Below are positions 27,505 to 36,250 of a stretch of 36,250 nt of DNA, in pieces. The notes beneath the pieces were generated by a model, which saw only the letters and a list, made by a program, of their open reading frames with translations, was not told where the DNA came from and ran no database searches. Location of the stretch: IMG/VR virus record IMGVR_UViG_2870490042_000002; one strand, 5' to 3'. Position 1 is the stretch's first letter. Each line of letters starts with the position of its first letter. Source of the stretch: a virus (lineage: Duplodnaviria > Heunggongvirae > Uroviricota > Caudoviricetes). Position numbers and translations under genes: made by a program.

Positions 27505-29935
27505 CGTCAGAATCGAGGTGCTGCTGAACGCAGTTGACCGGGCAAGCCGCCCGCTTAAAGCGATTCAGAACGCCAGCAAATCCCTGTCTGGTGATATCCG
27601 CAATTCACAAAAAAGCCTGTGCGAACTTAATGTGCAGGCGTCCCGTATTGACGGATTCCGCAAAGCCAGCGCCCAGCTTGCCGTGACCGGTCATTCGCTT
27701 GAGAAAGCGAAACAGGAAGCGCAAGCCCTTGCCACACAATTTAAAAACACCGAGCGCCCGACGCGCGCGCAGGCGCAGGTGCTTGAATCGGCAAAGCGTG
27801 CCGCCAACGGGCTGCAGACGAAATACAACAGCCTCACTGAGTCTGTTAAGCGCCAGCAACGTGAACTCGGTGCAGTCGGTATTAATACCCGTAATCTGGC
27901 AAATGATGAGCGGGGGCTTAAATCGCGCATCAGTGAGACTACCGCGCAGCTTAATCGGCAGCGTGAGGCACTGGCGAAAGTCAGCGCACAGCAGGCGAAG
28001 TTAAGCCGGGTGAAAGCGCGGTATCAGGCCGGTAAATCACTGGCCGGAAACGCGGCGGCGGCTGGCGCAGCCGGTGTTGGTATTGCGACGGCGGGAACCC
28101 TCGCCGGGGTTAAGCTGCTGACGCCTGGTTATGAATTTGCACAGAAAAACTCAGAGCTGCAGGCCGTGCTCGGTGTCGACAAACAGTCGCCTGAAATGCA
28201 GGCGCTGCGTAAACAGGCGCGCCAGCTCGGTGATAATACCGCTGCCTCTGCCGATGATGCGGCGGGTGCGCAGATTATCATTGCCAAAAGCGGCGGCGAT
28301 GCGGCGGCCATTCAGGCGGCGACGCCGGTCACACTGAATATGGCGCTGTCGAACAAGCGCACGATGGAAGAAAACGCTGCGCTGCTGACAGGCATGAAAT
28401 CTGCTTTTCAGCTCTCTAACGATAAAGTCGCGCATATTGGTGATGTTCTCTCGATGACGATGAACAAAACCGCCGCCGACTTTGATGGAATGAGTGATGC
28501 GCTGACCTATGCCGCGCCAGTGGCGAAAAATGCCGGGGTAAGTATCGAAGAAACCGCCGCAATGGTGGGGGCGCTACACGATTCCAAAATCACCGGCTCG
28601 ATGGCGGGTACAGGGAGTCGTGCCGTTCTGAGTCGCCTGCAGGCGCCAACCGGTAAAGCGTACGACGCCATCAAAGAGCTCGGTATTAAAACGTCAGATA
28701 GCAAAGGCAATACGCGCCCGATATTTTCCATCCTGAAAGAAATGCAGCGCAGTTTTGAGAAAAACAATCTCGGAACGGGTCAGAAATCCGAATACATGAA
28801 AACCATTTTCGGTGAAGAGGCCAGCTCGGCGGCCGCCGTGCTGATGGCCGCCGCATCAAGCGGCAAGCTCGACCAGCTCACCGCCGCGTTTAAAGCCTCA
28901 GACGGTAAGACTGAGGAACTGGTTAAGGTTATGCAGGATAACCTCGGCGGCGACTTTAAAGAGTTTCAGTCAGCCTATGAGGCGGTCGGCACTGACCTGT
29001 TTGATCAGCAGGAGGGCTCACTGCGTAAGCTGACGCAGACGGCCACGCAATATGTGCTCAGGCTCGACGGCTGGATCCAGAAAAATAAAGGGCTGGCGAC
29101 CACCCTCGGCGTGGTGGTTGGTGGTGCGCTGGCGCTGATCGGTGTGATGGGCGGGATTGGCCTTGTCGCATGGCCGGTGGTGATGGGGATTAATGCCATC
29201 ATTGCGGCGGCTGGCGTGCTCGGTGTGGTTTTCAGTACGGTCGGCGGCGCGATTGTCACGGCCATTGGCGCAATCAGCCTGCCGGTGCTGGCGGTAGCCG
29301 GTGCAGTGGTGGCCGGTGCATTGCTGATCCGCAAATACTGGGAGCCGCTCGGTGCATTCTTCTCGGGCGTGGTGGAGGGACTGAAAGCCGCCTTTGCACC
29401 GGTGGGGGACATGTTTACCCCGCTCGCGCCGGTGTTTGACGCCATCGCTGAAAAGCTGGGTGTCGTCTGCCAGTGGTTTAAAGACCTGCTTGCGCCGGTG
29501 AAAGCCACGCAGGACACGCTCTCCAGTTGCAAAAATGTCGGCGTTACTTTTGGTCAGGCGCTGGCTGATGCGCTGATGATGCCGCTCAAGATGTTTAACA
29601 GCCTGAGCGGCAAGGTCGGCTGGCTGCTGGAGAAACTCGGCGTTATCAAAAAAGAATCCAGCGACCTCGACCAGACCGCAGCGAAAGCGAATAAGGCGTC
29701 CCCGAATGGCGGGTATATCCCTGCGACCGCAGGTTATGGCGGGTATCAGGCGTATCAGCCGGTCACAGCGCCCGCAGGCCTGTCTTATATCGACCAGAGC
29801 AAAAGCGAATACAACATCAACCTGCAGGGCGGAGTCGCACCGGGCAGTGACCTTGACCGCCAGCTCCGTGACGCGGTCGACAAACTTGACCGCGAGAAAC
29901 GTGCGCGTCAGCGATCCAGTATGAGACTCGACTGA
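27494..29935 (+). CDS. T: Tail tape measure protein T (813 aa)
   Basis: Long alpha-helical, Ala/Gln-rich N-terminus and Gly-rich hydrophobic segment. Size close to P2 T. Confidence 0.9.
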   Translation: MSNNVRIEVLLNAVDRASRPLKAIQNASKSLSGDIRNSQKSLCELNVQASRIDGFRKASAQLAVTGHSLEKAKQEAQALATQFKNTERPTRAQAQVLESAKRAANGLQTKYNSLTESVKRQQRELGAVGINTRNLANDERGLKSRISETTAQLNRQREALAKVSAQQAKLSRVKARYQAGKSLAGNAAAAGAAGVGIATAGTLAGVKLLTPGYEFAQKNSELQAVLGVDKQSPEMQALRKQARQLGDNTAASADDAAGAQIIIAKSGGDAAAIQAATPVTLNMALSNKRTMEENAALLTGMKSAFQLSNDKVAHIGDVLSMTMNKTAADFDGMSDALTYAAPVAKNAGVSIEETAAMVGALHDSKITGSMAGTGSRAVLSRLQAPTGKAYDAIKELGIKTSDSKGNTRPIFSILKEMQRSFEKNNLGTGQKSEYMKTIFGEEASSAAAVLMAAASSGKLDQLTAAFKASDGKTEELVKVMQDNLGGDFKEFQSAYEAVGTDLFDQQEGSLRKLTQTATQYVLRLDGWIQKNKGLATTLGVVVGGALALIGVMGGIGLVAWPVVMGINAIIAAAGVLGVVFSTVGGAIVTAIGAISLPVLAVAGAVVAGALLIRKYWEPLGAFFSGVVEGLKAAFAPVGDMFTPLAPVFDAIAEKLGVVCQWFKDLLAPVKATQDTLSSCKNVGVTFGQALADALMMPLKMFNSLSGKVGWLLEKLGVIKKESSDLDQTAAKANKASPNGGYIPATAGYGGYQAYQPVTAPAGLSYIDQSKSEYNINLQGGVAPGSDLDRQLRDAVDKLDREKRARQRSSMRLD

Positions 29936-29948
29936 GGGAGGGATAAAA

Positions 29949-30413
29949 ATGTTAATGGGGCTGGGCTTTTTCGTGTTTGAACGGCGCACCCTGCCGCATC
30001 AGTCAATGCAGTATTCGAAGGACTACCGCTGGGTGTCAAATGACCGTATCGGAAAACCCCCGGCTTATCAGTATCTCGGGGAGGGGGAAACCTCGCGTAC
30101 CCTGTCGGGCACGCTTTACCCTGAAATCACCGGCGGGCGTCTGTCACTGATGGCCATCGAACTGATGGCCGATGAGGGGCGCGCATGGCCGCTGATTGAC
30201 GGAACCGGCATGATCCACGGGATGTATGTCATCGATAAAGTGACTCACAACCACACCGAGTTATTCAGCGACGGCGCGGCTAAAAAAATCGAGTTTAGCC
30301 TGTCGCTTAAGCGGGTGGATGAATCCCTCGCGGCCATCTACGGCGACCTGAAAACACAGGCTGATAATCTGGTCACGTCTGCCGGTAACTGGCTCGGGGG
30401 GCTGGCGGGATGA
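29949..30413 (+). CDS. U: Tail protein U
   Basis: 154 aa with RBS GGAGGG; syntenic with P2 U. Confidence 0.85.
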   Translation: MLMGLGFFVFERRTLPHQSMQYSKDYRWVSNDRIGKPPAYQYLGEGETSRTLSGTLYPEITGGRLSLMAIELMADEGRAWPLIDGTGMIHGMYVIDKVTHNHTELFSDGAAKKIEFSLSLKRVDESLAAIYGDLKTQADNLVTSAGNWLGGLAG

Positions 30414-31573
30414 TAACGGGAATGACTATTCAGGCCGGGGCGCGCATTGCTCCTGATTTTATGCTCACGCTCGGTGGCGCAGATATCACACAGAATTTCA
30501 GCGACCGGCTTATCGGGCTGACCATGACCGACAATCGCGGATTCGAGGCTGACCAGCTTGATATCGAGCTCGATGATACCGATGGACTGGTCGAGCTGCC
30601 GCCGCGCGGGGCATCGCTGACCCTGTGGCTGGGCTGGCAGGGCTCGGCGCTGATTAACAAAGGGAGTTTTACGGTTGACGAAATCGAGCACCGGGGCGCG
30701 CCTGACAGGCTGACTATCCGGGGACGCAGTGCGGATTTTCGCGGGACGCTGAACTCGCGCCGCGAGCAGTCATGGCACGACACCACGCTCGGGGTGATTG
30801 TCGAGACTATCGCGCAGCGTAACAAACTGACGGCCAGCGTGGCTGATACCCTGAAAGCTGTTGCTGTGCCGCATATTGACCAGTCTCAGGAATCCGACGC
30901 GGCGTTTTTGTCCCGACTGGCGGATCGCAACGGGGCAACGGTTTCGGTCAAGGCCGGGAAATTGTTATTCCTGAAAGCCGGTAGCGCGATGACGGCCAGT
31001 GGTAAGGCCATCCCGCAAATGACCGTCGAACGCGGCGACGGCGACCGGCATCAGTTTGCCATAGCCGACCGCGAGGCATACTCCGGCGTAACCGCTAAAT
31101 GGCTGCACACCAGAGACCCGAAACCGCAAAAGCAAAAGGTGAAGCTCAAGCGCAAACCCAAAGAGCAGCACCTGCGTGCGCTGCAGCACCCGAAGGTTGC
31201 TAAAACATCGGCAAAGGCTAAAAAGAAGAAGGTGCAGGAAGCGCGGGAAGGTGAGTATATGGCCGGTGAGTCCGACAATGTTCTGGAACTCACGACCATC
31301 TACGCGACAAAGGCGCAGGCCATGCGCGCAGCTCAGGCAAAGTGGGACAGGATACAGCGTGGGGTGGCGGAGTTTTCGATCACGCTCGCCACTGGCCGCG
31401 CTGATTTATTTCCTGAAACGCCGGTGGCAGTGAAAGGCTTTAAGCGCGTTATAGACGAGCAGGCGTGGATAATCAGTCGTGTGGTACACAGCCTCAACGG
31501 GAGCGGCTTCACGACGGGCTTAGAGCTTGAGGTTAAGGTTTCTGATGTGGAGTATGAAAGCGAGGAAGTTTAA
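30410..31573 (+). CDS. D: Tail protein D (387 aa)
   Basis: 387 aa, same as P2 D. Overlaps the U stop. Confidence 0.9.
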   Translation: MITGMTIQAGARIAPDFMLTLGGADITQNFSDRLIGLTMTDNRGFEADQLDIELDDTDGLVELPPRGASLTLWLGWQGSALINKGSFTVDEIEHRGAPDRLTIRGRSADFRGTLNSRREQSWHDTTLGVIVETIAQRNKLTASVADTLKAVAVPHIDQSQESDAAFLSRLADRNGATVSVKAGKLLFLKAGSAMTASGKAIPQMTVERGDGDRHQFAIADREAYSGVTAKWLHTRDPKPQKQKVKLKRKPKEQHLRALQHPKVAKTSAKAKKKKVQEAREGEYMAGESDNVLELTTIYATKAQAMRAAQAKWDRIQRGVAEFSITLATGRADLFPETPVAVKGFKRVIDEQAWIISRVVHSLNGSGFTTGLELEVKVSDVEYESEEV

Positions 31574-31653
31574 CGGCGTGTGTTGTTTATGTGTTTGTTT
31601 TATAAGTAAAAATTAGTAAAATTAACACATTGAATACGCCGGAGACCCTCATC

Positions 31654-31875
31654 ATGTTTCATTGTCCGAAATGCCATCATGCCGCCCACGCCCGCACGAG
31701 TCGCTATTTTACTGATACCACAAAAGAGCGGTATCACCAGTGCACAAACATTAACTGCAGCTGCACGTTTGTGACCACTGAAACAGTCGAGCGTTTTATC
31801 GTGTCGCCGGGGGAAGTAGTACCCGCGCCGCCGCATCCGACATCATCAGGTCAGCAACAAATTCACTGGATGTGA
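31654..31875 (+). CDS. ogr: Late gene transcriptional activator Ogr (zinc finger), 73 aa
   Basis: ORF 31630..31875 trimmed to MFHCPKCHHAAHARTSRYFTDTTKERYHQCTNINCSCTF. Cys-x2-Cys...Cys-x4-Cys zinc finger as in P2 Ogr. Confidence 0.85.
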   Translation: MFHCPKCHHAAHARTSRYFTDTTKERYHQCTNINCSCTFVTTETVERFIVSPGEVVPAPPHPTSSGQQQIHWM

Positions 31876-31942
31876 CAAACGAGAAAGCCCCGCGATGTAC
31901 TGCACCCATTTTGTTGGACGATGAAATGGAATAGCCCCTAAT

Positions 31943-32464
31943 ATGTCAAAGCCAAAATACCCTTTTGAAAAGCGCCTTGAAGTCGTGAATCACTACTTCA
32001 CAACTGATGATGGTTACAGGATCATCTCGGCACGTTTTGGTGTCCCCCGAACCCAGGTCAGGACATGGGTTGCCCTCTATGAAAAACATGGAGAAAAAGG
32101 TTTAATTCCCAAACCTAAAGGCGTTAGTGCTGATCCAGAGTTGCGTATTAAGGTCGTGAAAGCTGTGATCGAGCAGCACATGTCCCTTAATCAGGCTGCT
32201 GCTCACTTTATGCTTGCTGGTAGTGGTTCTGTAGCCAGGTGGCTGAAGGTCTATGAAGAGCGCGGAGAAGCTGGTTTACGCGCGCTCAAGATTGGCACCA
32301 AAAGAAACATTGCAATATCAGTTGATCCAGAAAAAGCGGCATCAGCATTGGAGCTGTCAAAAGACCGACGCATTGAGGATCTTGAAAGGCAAGTTCGATT
32401 TCTTGAAACGCGGCTTATGTATCTAAAAAAGCTGAAAGCCTTAGCTCATCCCACGAAAAAGTGA
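31943..32464 (+). CDS. insJ: IS150 OrfA (InsJ, 173 aa, HTH)
   Basis: MSKPKYPFEKRLEVVNHYFTTDDGYRIISARFGVPRTQVRTWV. IS3-family OrfA with C-terminal leucine zipper. Confidence 0.85.
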   Translation: MSKPKYPFEKRLEVVNHYFTTDDGYRIISARFGVPRTQVRTWVALYEKHGEKGLIPKPKGVSADPELRIKVVKAVIEQHMSLNQAAAHFMLAGSGSVARWLKVYEERGEAGLRALKIGTKRNIAISVDPEKAASALELSKDRRIEDLERQVRFLETRLMYLKKLKALAHPTKK

Positions 32465-33312
32465 AAGTACTCAACGAGCTAAGGCAGTTTTATCCTCTTG
32501 ATGAGCTTCTCAGGGCTGCGGAGATACCGCGCAGTACGTTTTATTATCATCTAAAGGCTCTCAGCAAGCCTGACAAGTATGCGGACGTTAAAAAGCGTAT
32601 TAGTGAGATTTATCACGAGAATAGAGGCCGATACGGATACCGTAGGGTAACGCTGTCTCTTCATCGAGAAGGGAAACAGATTAACCATAAAGCTGTTCAG
32701 CGCCTGATGGGAACCCTCTCACTTAAAGCAGCGATTAAGGTCAAGCGATACCGCTCTTACAGAGGAGAGGTAGGGCAAACCGCCCCTAATGTTCTCCAAA
32801 GAGATTTCAAGGCTACGCGGCCAAACGAGAAGTGGGTTACCGATGTTACTGAATTTGCAGTCAATGGGCGCAAGCTGTATTTGTCTCCAGTAATAGATCT
32901 CTTCAACAACGAAGTTATTTCTTACAGCCTTTCGGAAAGACCAGTGATGAACATGGTTGAGAATATGCTCGATCAGGCATTCAAAAAGCTTAATCCTCAC
33001 GAGCATCCTGTTCTGCACTCTGACCAGGGATGGCAGTATCGTATGAGAAGATATCAAAATATCCTTAAAGAACATGGTATTAAACAAAGCATGTCCAGAA
33101 AAGGCAATTGTCTGGATAATGCTGTGGTGGAGTGTTTCTTTGGAACCTTAAAGTCGGAGTGTTTTTATCTTGATGAGTTCAGTAATATAAGCGAACTGAA
33201 GGATGCTGTTACGGAATATATTGAATACTACAACAGCAGAAGAATTAGCCTGAAATTAAAAGGTCTGACTCCAATTGAATATCGGAATCAGACCTATATG
33301 CCTCGTGTTTAA
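32461..33312 (+). CDS. insK: IS150 OrfB (InsK, DDE transposase catalytic domain)
   Basis: 283-aa ORF in the -1 frame relative to OrfA, GTG start at 32461. IS3-family DDE transposase core. Confidence 0.85.
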
Positions 33313-33627
33313 CTGTCCAACTTTTTGGGGTCAGTACACGAATGCGGGGCTTTTTGCAACTTTTAGATCAGTTATGTTAAGTACATTTCCGTCGGCAAAG
33401 TGCCAGGAGCGGGTTCTAGAGAGTGACTAACGTTAGTTATATGTGTAAAATTCCTTAAAAATAAGAAGGATATATATCCATGACAGCAATTGCATATTGG
33501 ATTAACTGAGAATCAATTGAGAAATTTTTGGGGGGGCAAAAAATAAACTAGCTAATTAAATTTTTATAAATAACGAATATAAGACTGCAAGCCATTTAAC
33601 AAAAGTTTATAAATAAAGGAGTCAGTT

Positions 33628-34479
33628 TTGAACAATATCCCCATATCTACTCAATGGACTTTAGACGCTACGGGTGAAGTTGGACGCTCATCAGTAAATT
33701 CTGTTTATATGATTATATGTCCTGCGACCGGCTCGAAAGGATCTGGTTTTTTAATAGATAATGGGTTAATAGTAACGAACGAGCATGTTATCACTGGATG
33801 CTCTACAAATCAGATTTTCGCAATTTCAGCTTATGGACAGAAGATTCCAATTTCTCAAAAATGGATAGATTCTGATCGCGATTTAGCTGTGCTGAGACCT
33901 GCCATTACCCAGACTGGTGGGCTAAGTATTGTTAAGGATAATGATCTTAAAGTTGGTGAATCAGTAACAACTTGGGGATACCCATTAGGATACAACGGTC
34001 CTGCACCGTTACTATCCGTTGGTTATCTAGCAGGATTTAACTCATACCAAACCGCCAAGGGACAAAAAAAACATCTAGTGGTAAATGGGGCATTTAACTC
34101 AGGAAATTCTGGTGGAGCTCTTTTAAAAGCTTCAGATAATAAAGTAATAGGTATTGTAGTGAGTAAGCATGCTCCTATCAGTCAATACCATCAATCAGCT
34201 ATTGAAGCTTTGTCTGAAAATATGAGTGGCGTCACCTATACCGCTACTAATGACGCTGGAGAAACTAAAAGTTTTGTAGAATCTCAAATTGTAGCAGAAT
34301 TATTGATTCATATGAGAAGTCTAACTCAAGTTATGATTGGAGAAGCAATTGCAGCAGAGGAATTACTTTCGATGCTTAGCGAAATTGACTTGAGTCCACC
34401 ACAATCTATGTCAAGAAATGCCTTATGTCATTGCGGGAGTGGAAAACGCTTCAAAGAATGTCATGGAAAGATATCCTAG
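33628..34479 (+). CDS. Trypsin-like (S1) serine protease with C-terminal SEC-C zinc-binding motif; cargo gene
   Basis: TTG start with RBS AAGGAG 5 nt upstream. Triad candidates His in VTNEHV, Asp in DLAVL, Ser in GNSGGAL. C-terminal CHCGSGKRFKECHG. No signal peptide. AT-rich. Confidence 0.75.
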   Translation: MNNIPISTQWTLDATGEVGRSSVNSVYMIICPATGSKGSGFLIDNGLIVTNEHVITGCSTNQIFAISAYGQKIPISQKWIDSDRDLAVLRPAITQTGGLSIVKDNDLKVGESVTTWGYPLGYNGPAPLLSVGYLAGFNSYQTAKGQKKHLVVNGAFNSGNSGGALLKASDNKVIGIVVSKHAPISQYHQSAIEALSENMSGVTYTATNDAGETKSFVESQIVAELLIHMRSLTQVMIGEAIAAEELLSMLSEIDLSPPQSMSRNALCHCGSGKRFKECHGKIS

Positions 34480-34628
34480 TAAGTACTTATATCAGTCTGA
34501 TAATGGCTCTTCAAATACAAAAGACTTCACTTACTCTGCCGTCATCTCTGCTCCTCGCTTATTGCAGACGGTCAAAAGCTTACAAGCTGTTGACTAGATG
34601 TGTTCTTACATTGTCAGTTAAAACAAAA

Positions 34629-34651
34629 GCCCCGCAAATGCGGGGCTTTTT
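34629..34651 (+). terminator. Rho-independent terminator after the protease cargo gene
   Basis: GCCCCGC-aaat-GCGGGGC followed by TTTTT. Near-identical to the terminator after ogr that is split by IS150. Confidence 0.55.
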
Positions 34652-34712
34652 GTATCGATGTGGTCAATGTGTGGACATTGATAGAAATAAATCCATTTAT
34701 TTCAGTAATTTA

Positions 34713-34739
34713 CATGCAAAAAATAAGCCCGTGTAAGGG
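34713..34739. repeat. attR core (22-bp direct repeat of attL core plus ATGCA), also the 3' end of cyaR
   Basis: Exact repeat of 478-499. Preceded by TGTGGACA (34668-34675) and TATCGATGTGGTCAATG arm sequence. Confidence 0.6.
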
Positions 34740-34804
34740 AGATTACACAGGCTAAGGAGGTGGTTCCTGGTACAGCTAGCATTTTATGGGTTATGTTTTT
34801 CAGC
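34718..34804 (-). ncRNA. cyaR: CyaR (RyeE) Hfq-dependent sRNA, 87 nt
   Basis: Reverse complement reads GCUGAAAAACAUAACCCAUAAAAUGCUAGCUGUACCAGGAACCACCUCCUUAGCCUGUGUAAUCUCCCUUACACGGGCUUAUUUUUU, matching E. coli CyaR as recalled, with terminator hairpin and U-tail. Confidence 0.75.
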
Positions 34805-34888
34805 GAAACGGATGATAACCTTAATAAATGCAGCTGTATGTGATCGGTTTCTAAGAATTTTCCATCCGGGAAAAATAATCGAAATTAA

Positions 34889-36250
34889 TCACTTACCGTG
34901 TGGGTTACGCGTGGTTTCCCCGGAGAAATTACGCATCAGCAGAGCGTAATTGAGCTCAAGATCCTGCGGGACCGGGAGCCACACAGTATAACCATCGCCT
35001 GGTGCGACCGGCATCGCTTCACCTTTGGCGTTTTCCATGTGCTCAAGGGTAAAGTTAATGTTGCCTTGCGGCGTCATCAGCTCAAGGCTGTCGCCAACGG
35101 AGAATTTATTTTTCACCGCTACCGCCGCGAGGTCCCCCTTGCGCTCACCGGTAAACTCACCAACAAACTGCTGGCGGTCAGAAACTGAATAACCGTATTC
35201 GTAGTTCTGATAATCGTCGTGAGTATGACGACGCAGGAAACCTTCGGTATAGCCACGATGCGCCAGACCTTCCAGAGTTTCCAGCAGGCTGGTATCGAAC
35301 GGTTTGCCCGCAGCGGCGTCATCGATAGCTTTACGGTAAACCTGTGCGGTGCGTGCGCAATAGTAGAAAGATTTAGTACGGCCTTCGATTTTCAGCGAAT
35401 GCACGCCCATTTTGGTCAGGCGTTCTACATGGGCGATGGCGCGCAGATCTTTCGAGTTCATGATGTAAGTGCCGTGCTCATCTTCAAACGCGGTCATATA
35501 CTCGCCCGGACGCTGGGCTTCTTCGATCATAAACACTTTGTCGGTTGGCGCGCCGATACCCAGCGTCGGCTCAACATTTTGCACCGGAATCGGCTCGTAC
35601 TTGTGTACGATGTTGCCAACGTCATCTTCTTTCCCTTCCTGGACGTTGTACTCCCAGCGGCAGGCGTTGGTGCAGGTACCCTGGTTCGGATCGCGCTTGT
35701 TGATATAGCCAGAGAGCAGGCAGCGACCGGAGTAGGCCATGCACAGTGCGCCGTGAACGAAGATCTCGATCTCCATATCCGGCACCTGATTGCGGATCTC
35801 TTCAATCTCTTCCAGCGACAGCTCGCGAGAGAGGATCACGCGGGTCAGGCCCATTTGCTGCCAGAATTTCACCGTCGCCCAGTTTACGGCGTTAGCCTGC
35901 ACCGAGAGGTGGATCGGCATTTCAGGGAAGTGCTCACGCACCAGCATAATCAGCCCTGGATCGGACATAATCAGCGCATCCGGCCCCATTTCCACCACCG
36001 GTTTCAGGTCACGGATAAAGGTTTTCAGCTTGGCGTTGTGCGGTGCAATGTTGACCACGACATAAAACTTTTTCCCCAGCGCGTGGGCTTCATTGATGCC
36101 GAGCTGAAGATTTTCGTGGTTGAATTCGTTGTTGCGCACACGCAGGGAGTAACGCGGCTGGCCCGCATAAACAGCATCTGCGCCATAAGCGAAAGCGTAA
36201 CGCATATTTTTCAGCGTTCCCGCCGGGGAAAGGAGTTCCGGTTTAAACAT
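34889..36250 (-). CDS. yegQ: U32-family peptidase-like protein YegQ (tRNA hydroxylation protein), 453 aa; host gene
   Basis: Full-length ORF ending at the window edge; MFKPELLSPAGTLKNMRYAFAYGADAVYAGQPRYSLRVRNNEF. Sequence and position next to cyaR match E. coli yegQ as recalled. Confidence 0.85.
   Translation of the reverse strand: MFKPELLSPAGTLKNMRYAFAYGADAVYAGQPRYSLRVRNNEFNHENLQLGINEAHALGKKFYVVVNIAPHNAKLKTFIRDLKPVVEMGPDALIMSDPGLIMLVREHFPEMPIHLSVQANAVNWATVKFWQQMGLTRVILSRELSLEEIEEIRNQVPDMEIEIFVHGALCMAYSGRCLLSGYINKRDPNQGTCTNACRWEYNVQEGKEDDVGNIVHKYEPIPVQNVEPTLGIGAPTDKVFMIEEAQRPGEYMTAFEDEHGTYIMNSKDLRAIAHVERLTKMGVHSLKIEGRTKSFYYCARTAQVYRKAIDDAAAGKPFDTSLLETLEGLAHRGYTEGFLRRHTHDDYQNYEYGYSVSDRQQFVGEFTGERKGDLAAVAVKNKFSVGDSLELMTPQGNINFTLEHMENAKGEAMPVAPGDGYTVWLPVPQDLELNYALLMRNFSGETTRNPHGK

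Larger units (their letters stand above)
31896..33338 (+). mobile_element. IS150 (IS3 family), 1443 bp, flanked by 3-bp target duplication CGA
   Basis: Imperfect terminal inverted repeats TGTACTGCACCC...GGGGTCAGTACA. CGA at 31893-31895 and 33339-33341. Two ORFs with an A AAA AAG frameshift site at 32425-32431. Confidence 0.85.
471..34739. mobile_element. P2-like (Peduovirus-type) prophage, attL to attR
   Basis: Complete syntenic set of P2 gene homologues bounded by a directly repeated 22-bp att core (478-499 and 34718-34739). Confidence 0.85.

Noticed and set aside
29018-29989. 323-aa reverse-strand ORF (and 29005-29532) overlapping tape measure gene T
   Set aside because: Antisense to T; Arg/His-rich low-complexity translation; no start context.
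34425-34736. 103-aa ORF overlapping the protease 3' end and running into cyaR
   Set aside because: It overlaps the terminator and att core and the 3' end of the sRNA gene; no RBS or motif.

Overview
The window is almost entirely a near-complete P2-like (Peduovirus-type) prophage, about 34.3 kb (roughly 471-34739), integrated at the 3' end of the sRNA gene cyaR next to yegQ in an E. coli-like enterobacterial chromosome. Gene order reads attL, int, C, cox, B, A, cos, Q/P (reverse), O-N-M-L-X, lysis cassette, R, S, V-W-J-I-H-G, FI-FII-E/E'-T-U-D, ogr, attR, then CyaR and yegQ. All calls rest on reading the supplied translations and the nucleotide sequence by eye and on recalled family knowledge; no database search or computation was run. 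Three AT-rich cargo islands sit on this conserved backbone. The first, between cos and portal gene Q, is a two-gene operon of an ABC/OLD-type ATPase and a partner protein, which resembles PARIS (AriA/AriB) but is unconfirmed. The second, inserted between tail completion gene S and baseplate gene V, is a self-contained module (promoter, two overlapping genes, weak terminator) encoding a DUF262 ParB-like protein and a small HEPN-like protein with an Rx4H motif; this is the best candidate for an undescribed defence system. The third, between ogr and attR, is a single trypsin-like serine protease fused to a C-terminal SEC-C zinc motif. An IS150 copy with a 3-bp target duplication has inserted into the loop of the ogr terminator. 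The Z/fun locus between G and FI is empty.
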